NCBI GenBank assembly: GCA_036478295.1
Contig: JAZGDW010000102.1
Span: 1-21,142, forward strand
From: Candidatus Krumholzibacteriia bacterium
GTDB taxonomy: Bacteria; Krumholzibacteriota; Krumholzibacteriia; WVZY01
Length of the DNA stretch: 21,142 bases
Direction: 5' to 3'
The translations under genes were made by a program, and so were the position numbers. Under the pieces are notes generated by a model. The model was not told where the DNA came from. It worked only from the letters and a program-made list of their open reading frames with translations, and did not search any database. Shown piece after piece: positions 7,484 to 15,376 of the stretch. The stretch's first letter is position 1. Every line of letters begins with the position of its first letter.

Positions 7484-8893
7484 ATGAAGCATTCCACACC
7501 CAAGGCGGCGTTGCGCTCGATCCCGCCGGTAGACGACCTACTGGGAGCTGACGCAGTCGAGTCGCTGCGCGCGGCGCATCCCCGTTTCCCCTGGACCCAC
7601 CTTGTTAGACGGGTGGTCGAGGAATTCCGGGCGGGCCATCACGGCCCGCTGCCGGCGGGACGTGGCGATGCCAAGAAAGCGATTGTCGAGCAGGTCGTTT
7701 GCCGTGCGCGCTCGCTGCGAACCGGCGGCATGCGCCGTGTGATCAATGGCACCGGGGTCATCCTCCACACCAACCTGGGCAGAGCCCTCCTTGGACAGAA
7801 GGTGCGGGCGGCGATCTCCGATGCGATGGACCATTATGTCAATCTCGAACTGGATTTGGAGTCGGGAGAGCGCAGCGGGCGGGGCGAGCGGATGCTCGAG
7901 ATGATGTGTATGGCCACCGAAGCCGAAGCGGCGATGGTGGTGAACAACAACGCGGGCGCGGTGTACCTCGTGGTTAGCTCTGTCTCCCCGCCCGGTCGCG
8001 TCATCGTCTCCCGGGGCGAGCTGGTGGAGATAGGCGGCAGCTTTCGCCTGCCGGATATTCTGCAGCGGGCTGCCTCGGAAGTGATTGAGATCGGCACGAC
8101 AAACCGAACCTACATAAGCGATTATGAAAAATTTGCGCGGCCGGGAGACGTTTTCTTGCGCGCCCATCGCAGCAACTATGACATCCGGGGATTTACCCAC
8201 GAGACCACCATCGCGGAACTCGTGGCATTGGCGCGGCGCAAGGAGTGTCATGTGGTGTACGATCTTGGCAGTGGCTCTTTTTTTGATTTCGAGAGAGCGG
8301 GGATCGAGGGCGAAGAACCGGTGGGCGATGTTCTGCGGTCTGGGATCGATTGTGTGACGATGAGTGGAGACAAGCTCCTCGGCGGCGTTCAGGCGGGAAT
8401 CATCGTCGGCAGAGCGGATTTTATCAGACGCCTCAAACAAAACCCGCTGCGCAGGGCGTTGCGGATCGACAAGCTGACCATTGCAGCGCTGCAAGCTCTA
8501 TTGAGGGTCTACTTGTTCGAATCGGATCCCGTCGGCGAGGTCCCGGTTCTTCACCAGGCAACCGAGGACGTCGCGGTGCTGCGAAGCCGTGCAGAGCGGT
8601 TAGCCGCCGGGCTGGCTCCGGAGGCGCGGTCCGCGTACCGGGTTTCGGTGCACGATGACCACGCCGCCATCGGCGGCGGGACATTCGCCGTCAAAAACGT
8701 GCCCTCTGTGGCACTGGTCATCAGCTGCGGGTCGGAGAAAGAGGCGTCGACGCTTGCGCGCCGGATGCGCGGACTCCCCGTACCCGTCCTTACACGCATC
8801 AAGGACAAAGAGGTACGTTTGAACTTCAGGACCATTCTCGAAAGCCAGGACACCGATCTCCAGGAGGCGATTGCCGGATTGCTGTCCGTCTAA
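7484..8893 (+). CDS. selA: L-seryl-tRNA(Sec) selenium transferase
   Basis: LRSIPPVD, VINGTGVILHTNLGRA, VNNNAGAV, SRGELVEIGGSFRLPD, GTTNRT, DLGSG, the PLP-lysine motif SGDKLLGG, and RALRIDK. Start is either ATG 7484 or ATG 7448. Confidence 0.96.
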   Translation: MKHSTPKAALRSIPPVDDLLGADAVESLRAAHPRFPWTHLVRRVVEEFRAGHHGPLPAGRGDAKKAIVEQVVCRARSLRTGGMRRVINGTGVILHTNLGRALLGQKVRAAISDAMDHYVNLELDLESGERSGRGERMLEMMCMATEAEAAMVVNNNAGAVYLVVSSVSPPGRVIVSRGELVEIGGSFRLPDILQRAASEVIEIGTTNRTYISDYEKFARPGDVFLRAHRSNYDIRGFTHETTIAELVALARRKECHVVYDLGSGSFFDFERAGIEGEEPVGDVLRSGIDCVTMSGDKLLGGVQAGIIVGRADFIRRLKQNPLRRALRIDKLTIAALQALLRVYLFESDPVGEVPVLHQATEDVAVLRSRAERLAAGLAPEARSAYRVSVHDDHAAIGGGTFAVKNVPSVALVISCGSEKEASTLARRMRGLPVPVLTRIKDKEVRLNFRTILESQDTDLQEAIAGLLSV

Positions 8894-8922
8894 CGGGGCC
8901 CGAACCGGGCCGCGGTTGTAAT

Positions 8923-10488
8923 ATGGAGCAGATCAAGACATACGAAATCGCCGCTTCGCCAGCGCTTCTGAGGGAGGCCTTTGCAGGCGGTATGCTGCCG
9001 GATAACCTGTTGGCGCCTCTGCAGGCTCTGGCCGGCGATATCGTTGCACGGGCACAGCGGGCCCCTCTGTCCATCTACCTGTGTTCCACGGACGACGATC
9101 GGGAGGCGCGCAATTACTTCGGTGCGCTGCTCGCAAAGACGCTGCAGTACCAGTTGCCGGATATGCTCCTCGTGGATTGTGACTTTCTTTCCGTAGGTCT
9201 TGACGGAATCGTGCCCCAGCACGACTCGCTGGGATTTCTCGACATGCTACTCTATGGAAGCTCGTTGGGTGTTATCAAGCAGACCGCGACAGGTGGCGTG
9301 AACGTGATCGGTGCGGGCTCTTTCCCCGTTTCGCGCAAGAGCCCCTTTGTCATGGACGTGTTCGTCAGCGCATCACGTTATCTTGCGAGCCATTCGAAGT
9401 GTGTCATCTACTGCGGCCCCGTTCTCGACGACGAACAGGAAGTGCATCCGATCCTGGAGCAGGTCGACGTGCCGGTTCTCCTCCGTGTCGGTGGGCACGC
9501 GCCAGCGGGAGGGCTGGACGCGCTGGAAGACAGAATTTCTCGCGAGCGGCAGGCGACGCTGTGGGGTGTTCGTTTGATCGCGGGTGACGTGTCGGTGCCT
9601 GCCCAACCGGGAACCGAGAGGCCAGCCCCCGCGGGACCATCACCGACCGGGCGGGCGCCCACCGGACCGGCGGCCACCGGGCCCACGCCCGCCGAACCAC
9701 CCGTTCCGCCTGGACAACCGGAACCGGAGTTGGACGATACGATTGTTCTCACACCCGTCGACGAGGTCGACGAACGGCCGGTGTACGACCAGGCACCGGT
9801 GTACGAAGCCCCCGCGCCGGGTGAACCATCGGCGCCCCCTGCCGCCCAGCCGCCGCCGGGAGTTTTCTCTGGAGGCGCCAAGTCCGCCTCGAAGGGGCAA
9901 GGCACCTCGGCGTTTCCCAAGATTGTCCTGACCATCCTCGCGGTCCTGCTGCCCGCATTTTTTCTGTGGTGGCTTTACCAGACCAAGTCGGTGCGCGAGC
10001 AGAATGGCGAGCCCCAGGAGATCACGGAAACGACGCGGCAACCTCAATCGACTCCACAGACACCGCCACCGGTCCCGCAGCCGCGAGACACCGCGGTCTC
10101 CGCCGCGGATACGTCCCGGATGGTGGCGTCACAAACGACCCCCAAGACACCTGCACCTGCAGAGACCGATGTAGCGCCGCCACCCGAAGAGAAGGAGAAT
10201 CTCGCCAGCAGCATTCTGGTGACGGAGAACATTCACGATTTCGCGGGGAAATTTCTGGTGCACGTCAGCTCCTTCCGCGATCTCCAGCATGCCCGCGGGG
10301 ACGCCTACTACCTGAACGACCGCGGCTACCCGGTGGTTATCGCCAACGTGGACCTGGGGGCGAAGGGGAATTGGTACCGCGTCTACGTGGGCCCTTGCGA
10401 CCGCAGGAGCGAGGCGAGAAACCTGAAAATAAGGCTGGACGAAGTTCCCAGGGTTAAGTTTACTCGCATCACCAAGGTAGAAGGCTGA
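8923..10488 (+). CDS. SPOR-domain bitopic membrane protein with an N-terminal degenerate CpsD/CapB (MinD-superfamily)-like domain
   Basis: C-terminal SPOR domain (FLVHVSSFR...A...L...GYP...WYRVYVGP...EA). TM helix KIVLTILAVLLPAFFLWWLY with Pro-rich linkers on both sides. N-terminus contains LLVDCDF, GFLDML, VIGAGSFP and LWGVRL. Confidence 0.8.
   Translation: MEQIKTYEIAASPALLREAFAGGMLPDNLLAPLQALAGDIVARAQRAPLSIYLCSTDDDREARNYFGALLAKTLQYQLPDMLLVDCDFLSVGLDGIVPQHDSLGFLDMLLYGSSLGVIKQTATGGVNVIGAGSFPVSRKSPFVMDVFVSASRYLASHSKCVIYCGPVLDDEQEVHPILEQVDVPVLLRVGGHAPAGGLDALEDRISRERQATLWGVRLIAGDVSVPAQPGTERPAPAGPSPTGRAPTGPAATGPTPAEPPVPPGQPEPELDDTIVLTPVDEVDERPVYDQAPVYEAPAPGEPSAPPAAQPPPGVFSGGAKSASKGQGTSAFPKIVLTILAVLLPAFFLWWLYQTKSVREQNGEPQEITETTRQPQSTPQTPPPVPQPRDTAVSAADTSRMVASQTTPKTPAPAETDVAPPPEEKENLASSILVTENIHDFAGKFLVHVSSFRDLQHARGDAYYLNDRGYPVVIANVDLGAKGNWYRVYVGPCDRRSEARNLKIRLDEVPRVKFTRITKVEG
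9628..9702 (+). repeat. Five degenerate 15-bp coding repeats (PAGPS/PTGRA/PTGPA/ATGPT/PAEPP)
   Basis: cccgcgggaccatca ccgaccgggcgggcg cccaccggaccggcg gccaccgggcccacg cccgccgaaccaccc, read directly from the sequence. Confidence 0.65.
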
Positions 10489-10549
10489 ACGCGCCCGCGT
10501 TGGCTGCGGGCACGTCAGTGGCAGTTGGTTCAGACTCGAGGGGTCGATC

Positions 10550-13500
10550 TTGCGCCTGAAAAAGCTTGAGATATCAGGCTTCAAATCGTTTCTGCATCGT
10601 CTGGAAATGGATTTTTCCGACGGGGTGACCGCCGTTCTGGGACCCAACGGATGCGGCAAGACCAATATTGTCGACTCGATCCGCTGGGTTCTGGGCGAAC
10701 AGAAGACCCGGATGCTGCGAAACACGAAGATGGAAAACGTCATCTTCAACGGGACCAAGCTTCGCAAACCGTTGGGCATGGCCGAGGTCCATATGACGCT
10801 CTCCAATGAGAACGGCGCGCTGCCACTGGATTACGGCGACATCACCATCTCGCGCAAGCTCTACCGGAGCGGCCTCAGCGAGTATCAACTAAACGGCAAG
10901 CTCGTACGCTTGAAAGACATCAAAGATCTTCTCGTGGATACGGGGTTGGGCAGCCACACCTATTCCATCATCGAGCGGGAAATGGTGGACTCGGTTATCA
11001 GTGATAAGGACCAGGACAAGCGACAACTGTTAGAGGAAGCCGCCGGGGTGATGCGCTACCGCCTCCAGCGGGAAGAGGCCCTTCGCAAGATCAGCCACAC
11101 GGATACCGACCTCACGCGACTGGCCGACATTTTGGTCGAGCTCGAGAAAGAAATCCGCTCACTGAGCTACCAGAAGGGGAAGGCCGCCCGATTCGCGAAG
11201 CTCAAAGCGACCGTCGATAACATGGAAGCGGTTCTCATCAAGCGATCGCTCTTCGAGTTACTGGAAAAGCACGATGCTGTGCAGCGCGATAGAGAGCACC
11301 ACGAGGGGATCACGCTCGCCGACGACAATGAAATCGCCCGCCTCGAGAATCAGCTTCAGGAATCTCGTATCCGTGGATCCGAGTTGGAGCGGCAACTGCA
11401 AGATCTGCAGGAGAACCGCTACGAGCTCAGTCAAACGCTGCAGCAACGTGAAGAGCGCATCGCAATCCTGACCGAACGTATCGCCAGCACCAGGAACCGC
11501 GTTCTCGAAGACGAGGAAGAGATCGGGCGTGCGGAAGACAAGCTGATATCGCTGGCCGATGATATCGGCGGCTACCAGAGCACGATCGAAGAGCGAGAAG
11601 CGTGGCTGCGCGCCCGGCGCGAAGAGCTCTCGGACCGCGAGGAATCGCTGGCAGCCGTATCGAACGAGTTGGAAGAAGTGAAGATCCGGTTGCGCGACAA
11701 GAAACAGCTCGCGCTGGACCTGGTTCGGGAAAAGGAGCGCGAACGCGGAGAGCGGGAACACCTCCACAACCGTCTCTTCGAAATAGAGGAGAAAAACCAA
11801 AAGGAAAACACACAGCAGTCCTCTCTGAAGAGGGAGGAGGCGGAACTGGTAGAAAAGCTGGGCCGGCAGACGGTTGTGGTGGGCGAGAAGAGGAGCGACA
11901 TCTCAAAGGTGATCGCGGCGCTCGAAGAAGCATCGCGGCGTTCGGAAAGGGCTGTCGATCTGCTTGCGGAATGTGAAGACCACTACGGCCGGGTCAATAT
12001 AGATTTCAACCGCCACAAGGAGCGTAAGGAATACCTGGAACGCATCAAGCAGGAGCACAGCCGGGACGAACTCATCGAGGGCAGTTCGATGAAGGGCGTG
12101 CTTGCCGACCAGGTCCGTGTCGACAAGAAATACCGGCGGTGTTTCGAGGCCTGTCTGGCGCCGGTACTCCAGGGTCTGCTCGCGGAGAGCGAGGACAGCG
12201 CACTGCGTTGCCTGGACGCCATGCAGCGGGCGGGAAAGGGTCGCTACCAGTTGCTCTATCCCAACGGTGGCAGGTCGGGGGATGCGGTCCGCACCTCGGG
12301 CGACGTACTCGGACGCGCACTCGACTTCGTTGACGGCGACGCCGGCGTGCTGAGCTTCCTCGAGCCGTACCTGGCAGCGGTCGTGGTGGTGGAAGACGTA
12401 CCAAAAGCGCTCGCCGTGATGAAACGCGATCCGTCCCTGCGTGTGGCCACTCTCGACGGGGTGTACTTCGATGGGCCCGGGCGCATCCTGGTGGCAGGCA
12501 CGGATGATATCGAGATGACATTGCTCGAAATCGACAGCAAGCTCGAAGAGTTGACGGCGATGATCGAGCGCTCAAAACTCCGGGCGTCGACACTGCAGAA
12601 CCGCAAGGAGAGGCTCGCTCGCGCCAAGAAGGGACTGGTCGAAGAGATGGTTGTGCTGCGGGATCAGTTGAACGAGAAGGAAATGGCGAAAGAGCAGGCA
12701 CTCGAGCAACATCGCGTGCTGGAAATCAATCTGGTCCGGGTTCGAGAAAAACTCTTCACGCTCTCTGCGTCGGTAATGCAGAACAAGAAATCCATGAAGG
12801 AGATTCAGGACCGGCTCGGCACCCCCGCACGCGCCGTCGAAGAACTGGTGGACGTGGACACCACGGACGAGGAGCTCTCCTCGCTCGAGGGCAAGGCCGT
12901 AGAGCTCGAGCGGCGCAAGGAATCCATTGGTGAAAGCGCGGGGCGCATCCGACTGGAAGTCGTGACCGTCACCGGTGAGATAACGACCGCCAAAGAAAAG
13001 CGCAGCAATAGCGAAATGCTCCAGGAAGAGATGAGGGAACTCGTTGCCTCGCGCCAACAGGACGCCCGGCGCTGCCGCGAGGAGATCACGGCCGCGGAAG
13101 GCGAGATCGATAGCTCCAGGACTCAGATCGCCGAATTTCATGCCCGGCTGGACGCGGTCGAGAAGGATATCGAGAAGGCCCGGGAATCCTGCGACGTTAT
13201 CAAAGAGAAATGCAACCGTCTGGAAGGAGAGTTGAAGGAGCTCAAGGGCCGCAGGGATCAAAAGCGGGAGAACCTCCAACGGTGCGACCTCGAGCTAGCG
13301 ACGATCGACACGAGGATAAGCAGCCTCGTCGACAAAGCGAGGGAGGATTTCAATCAGGATCTCGATCCGTACACGAAGAACCGCGCCCTGTTCGACGCGG
13401 CGGAGTGGGAGGAGATGGACCACGATCGTCTCACGTCCCTGAAGTCGCAGCTGGAATCGTTCGGACCGGTGAACATGCTGGCCCTCGAGGAGTACACGGA

Positions 13501-14134
13501 GAAAAAAGAGAGATTCGATTTTCTTTCCCAGCAGAAGGCTGATCTCGACGAGGCCAGGGAAGTACTGATTCAGGCCATCCGGCGCATCAACAAGGAAGCA
13601 CGGCGGCGGCTGGCCGAGACCTTCGAAAAGGTCCGTACGAATTTCAAGAGCACTTTCCTGACGCTCTTCGACGGTGGAGAGGCGGATCTCCTTTTCGTCG
13701 ATTCGGATGATCCGTTGGAGGCAAACATCAAGATCGTGGCCAATCCCAAGGGCAAACGGTTGCACGACATATCGAGCCTGTCCGGTGGAGAGAGGGCGCT
13801 GGTGGCCCTGGCGCTGCTTTTCGCAATCTATCTAGTCAAGCCAAGCCCGTTCTGCGTCTTCGACGAGGTGGACGCGCCGCTCGACGATGCTAACATCGGC
13901 CGGTTCGTCAGTATGATCAAGTCCTTCACCAACAGGACACAGTTCATCGTCATCACCCACAACAAGAAGACCATGGAGGCCGCGGACAACCTCTACGGCG
14001 TCACCATGGCCGAGCCCGGCGTGTCGAGGATGATCTCTCTTCACATCGGTGAAGTCGACCGCATACGTCCCCACGCACCGGCAACCCCGCCCCCAGCGGC
14101 CGAGCCCGCCGAAAAAGTGTCCGTGCAAAGCTAG
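10550..14134 (+). CDS. smc: Chromosome segregation protein SMC
   Basis: GFKSF, Walker A GPNGCGKTN, long coiled coils, central hinge, FGPVNMLALEEY, signature LSGGE, and Walker B/D-loop FDEVDAPLD. TTG start after GAGGGG. Confidence 0.97.
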   Translation: MRLKKLEISGFKSFLHRLEMDFSDGVTAVLGPNGCGKTNIVDSIRWVLGEQKTRMLRNTKMENVIFNGTKLRKPLGMAEVHMTLSNENGALPLDYGDITISRKLYRSGLSEYQLNGKLVRLKDIKDLLVDTGLGSHTYSIIEREMVDSVISDKDQDKRQLLEEAAGVMRYRLQREEALRKISHTDTDLTRLADILVELEKEIRSLSYQKGKAARFAKLKATVDNMEAVLIKRSLFELLEKHDAVQRDREHHEGITLADDNEIARLENQLQESRIRGSELERQLQDLQENRYELSQTLQQREERIAILTERIASTRNRVLEDEEEIGRAEDKLISLADDIGGYQSTIEEREAWLRARREELSDREESLAAVSNELEEVKIRLRDKKQLALDLVREKERERGEREHLHNRLFEIEEKNQKENTQQSSLKREEAELVEKLGRQTVVVGEKRSDISKVIAALEEASRRSERAVDLLAECEDHYGRVNIDFNRHKERKEYLERIKQEHSRDELIEGSSMKGVLADQVRVDKKYRRCFEACLAPVLQGLLAESEDSALRCLDAMQRAGKGRYQLLYPNGGRSGDAVRTSGDVLGRALDFVDGDAGVLSFLEPYLAAVVVVEDVPKALAVMKRDPSLRVATLDGVYFDGPGRILVAGTDDIEMTLLEIDSKLEELTAMIERSKLRASTLQNRKERLARAKKGLVEEMVVLRDQLNEKEMAKEQALEQHRVLEINLVRVREKLFTLSASVMQNKKSMKEIQDRLGTPARAVEELVDVDTTDEELSSLEGKAVELERRKESIGESAGRIRLEVVTVTGEITTAKEKRSNSEMLQEEMRELVASRQQDARRCREEITAAEGEIDSSRTQIAEFHARLDAVEKDIEKARESCDVIKEKCNRLEGELKELKGRRDQKRENLQRCDLELATIDTRISSLVDKAREDFNQDLDPYTKNRALFDAAEWEEMDHDRLTSLKSQLESFGPVNMLALEEYTEKKERFDFLSQQKADLDEAREVLIQAIRRINKEARRRLAETFEKVRTNFKSTFLTLFDGGEADLLFVDSDDPLEANIKIVANPKGKRLHDISSLSGGERALVALALLFAIYLVKPSPFCVFDEVDAPLDDANIGRFVSMIKSFTNRTQFIVITHNKKTMEAADNLYGVTMAEPGVSRMISLHIGEVDRIRPHAPATPPPAAEPAEKVSVQS

Positions 14135-14137
14135 TTC

Positions 14138-15025
14138 ATGTTCGACCTCAAATCCAGTCTGCAAAAGACGCGGGAGCAGTTTGTTTCTCCCCTCAAAGGG
14201 ATCTTCGAGCGGCATCGAACCCTCAGCGAAGCGGACCGTGACACCATTGAGGAACTCCTGCTGGGGTCCGACATGGGAGTCGACGCCTGCGAGCGCATCA
14301 TGAGCGACCTCGCGTCCAGGGGTGACGTGGGCGATCCACGGGAATTCCTGCGCGAAGAGTTCATGGCGCTCCTCGGTGAGGACGAAGCACCATCCACGTT
14401 GACGCACGGGTACCCGCGGGCGCTCATCGTCGTGGGCGTGAACGGCGTCGGCAAGACTACGAGCATCGCGAAGCTGGCCCATTACCACCGGAACCAGGGC
14501 AGGAGCGTGATTCTTGCCGCCGCCGATACTTTCCGCGCCGCGGCCATCGACCAGCTCGAGATCTGGGCCCGGCGGCTGGACGTCGAGATTGTCGGGCACC
14601 GGCAAGGAGGTGACCCCGCGGCCGTCGCTTTCGACGCGTGTACCGCTGCGCGCTCGAGGTCGGATGATTACGTCATTGTCGACACCGCGGGCCGGCTTCA
14701 CACCCGGGTCAACCTGATGGAGGAACTCAAGAAGATCAAGAGGGCGTGTGAGAAGGTGCTCGGTCCGGATTCGGTCGAAACCTATCTGACGCTCGATGCC
14801 ACGCTGGGCCAGAACAGCCTGCGCCAGGCCGCCGAGTTCAAACGGCACGTCGAGGTGACGGGCATCATACTCACCAAGCTGGACAGCACGGCCAAGGGTG
14901 GAATCGTCATCGCTGTCAAACAGACGCTCGGCATACCGGTTCGTTTCATCGGGGTCGGCGAGGGCGTAGAGGACTTCTCCGAGTTCACCGCTTCCCACTT
15001 CGTGGACGCATTGCTCGCGGGTTGA
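14138..15025 (+). CDS. ftsY: Signal recognition particle receptor FtsY (NG domains only, no acidic extension)
   Basis: [38 protein letters not shown] and IGVGE. The smc-ftsY adjacency is a known arrangement. Confidence 0.97.
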   Translation: MFDLKSSLQKTREQFVSPLKGIFERHRTLSEADRDTIEELLLGSDMGVDACERIMSDLASRGDVGDPREFLREEFMALLGEDEAPSTLTHGYPRALIVVGVNGVGKTTSIAKLAHYHRNQGRSVILAAADTFRAAAIDQLEIWARRLDVEIVGHRQGGDPAAVAFDACTAARSRSDDYVIVDTAGRLHTRVNLMEELKKIKRACEKVLGPDSVETYLTLDATLGQNSLRQAAEFKRHVEVTGIILTKLDSTAKGGIVIAVKQTLGIPVRFIGVGEGVEDFSEFTASHFVDALLAG

Positions 15026-15090
15026 GCTACGCTCCGGGGCACGCGTACCGGGCGAGCCCCGAAGACAGCCCGCCGGTGGGGCGGAAGCCC

Positions 15091-15119
15091 TTGACAAGTG
15101 ACAGATTTCACTTGATAAT
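15091..15119 (+). promoter_or_regulatory. Sigma70 promoter of the rib operon
   Basis: Perfect TTGACA (15091-15096), 17-nt spacer, GATAAT (15114-15119), ending just upstream of the riboswitch. Confidence 0.85.
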
Positions 15120-15127
15120 TCCACTAG

Positions 15128-15250
15128 AGAAGCCTTCGGGGCGGGGTGAAAGTCCCCACCGGCGGTAAAGCCCGCGAGTGAGCGGCGACGTTCACAGAGC
15201 CGGTGAGATTCCGGAGCCGACAGTTAAAGTCTGGATGGGAGAAGGTGCTC
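15128..15250 (+). ncRNA. FMN riboswitch (RFN element) aptamer
   Basis: Consensus blocks CTTCGGGGCGGGGTGAAAGTCCCCACCGGCGGT, AGCCCGCGA, GAGCCGGTGAGATTCCGGAGCCGACAGT and AAAGTCTGGATGGGAGAAG. P1 is GCCTTC/GAAGGT. Lies directly upstream of ribD. Confidence 0.97.
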
Positions 15251-15376
15251 TCGCGCAACCGCCCACGCCGGGTGCCGTGTGCCCGGCGCGGTATAGGTGT
15301 GCGTACCTCCTCTCTTTTCCCCGATACGGTAGGTCCAGTTCAACAACCCCCAAGGACGGCGCGCCGTCGGTGGAAC

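Noticed and set aside
8897..8911. GGCCCG-AAC-CGGGCC hairpin after selA
   Set aside because: Short, with a 3-nt loop and no U-tract. Expected by chance at this GC content.
10485..10518. Hairpin directly after the TGA stop of the SPOR gene as a possible SECIS element
   Set aside because: The SPOR domain is already complete, the loop is only about 11 nt from the UGA, and read-through gives a short out-of-frame tail that does not join smc. More likely an ordinary intergenic stem-loop.
15032..15084. Two GC hairpins after ftsY as an intrinsic terminator or small RNA
   Set aside because: There is no U-tract and no recognisable RNA family such as SRP RNA. They may be pause or stability stems but cannot be called.
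13832..15124. Long antisense ORFs (this 430-aa one, also 632-1651, 7538-8494 and 17293-18714)
   Set aside because: They are shadows of well-supported genes in GC-rich DNA and carry no recognisable motifs.
15203..15376. N-terminal extension of RibD in the ORF track
   Set aside because: It overlaps the FMN aptamer and expression platform and has no RibD-like sequence.
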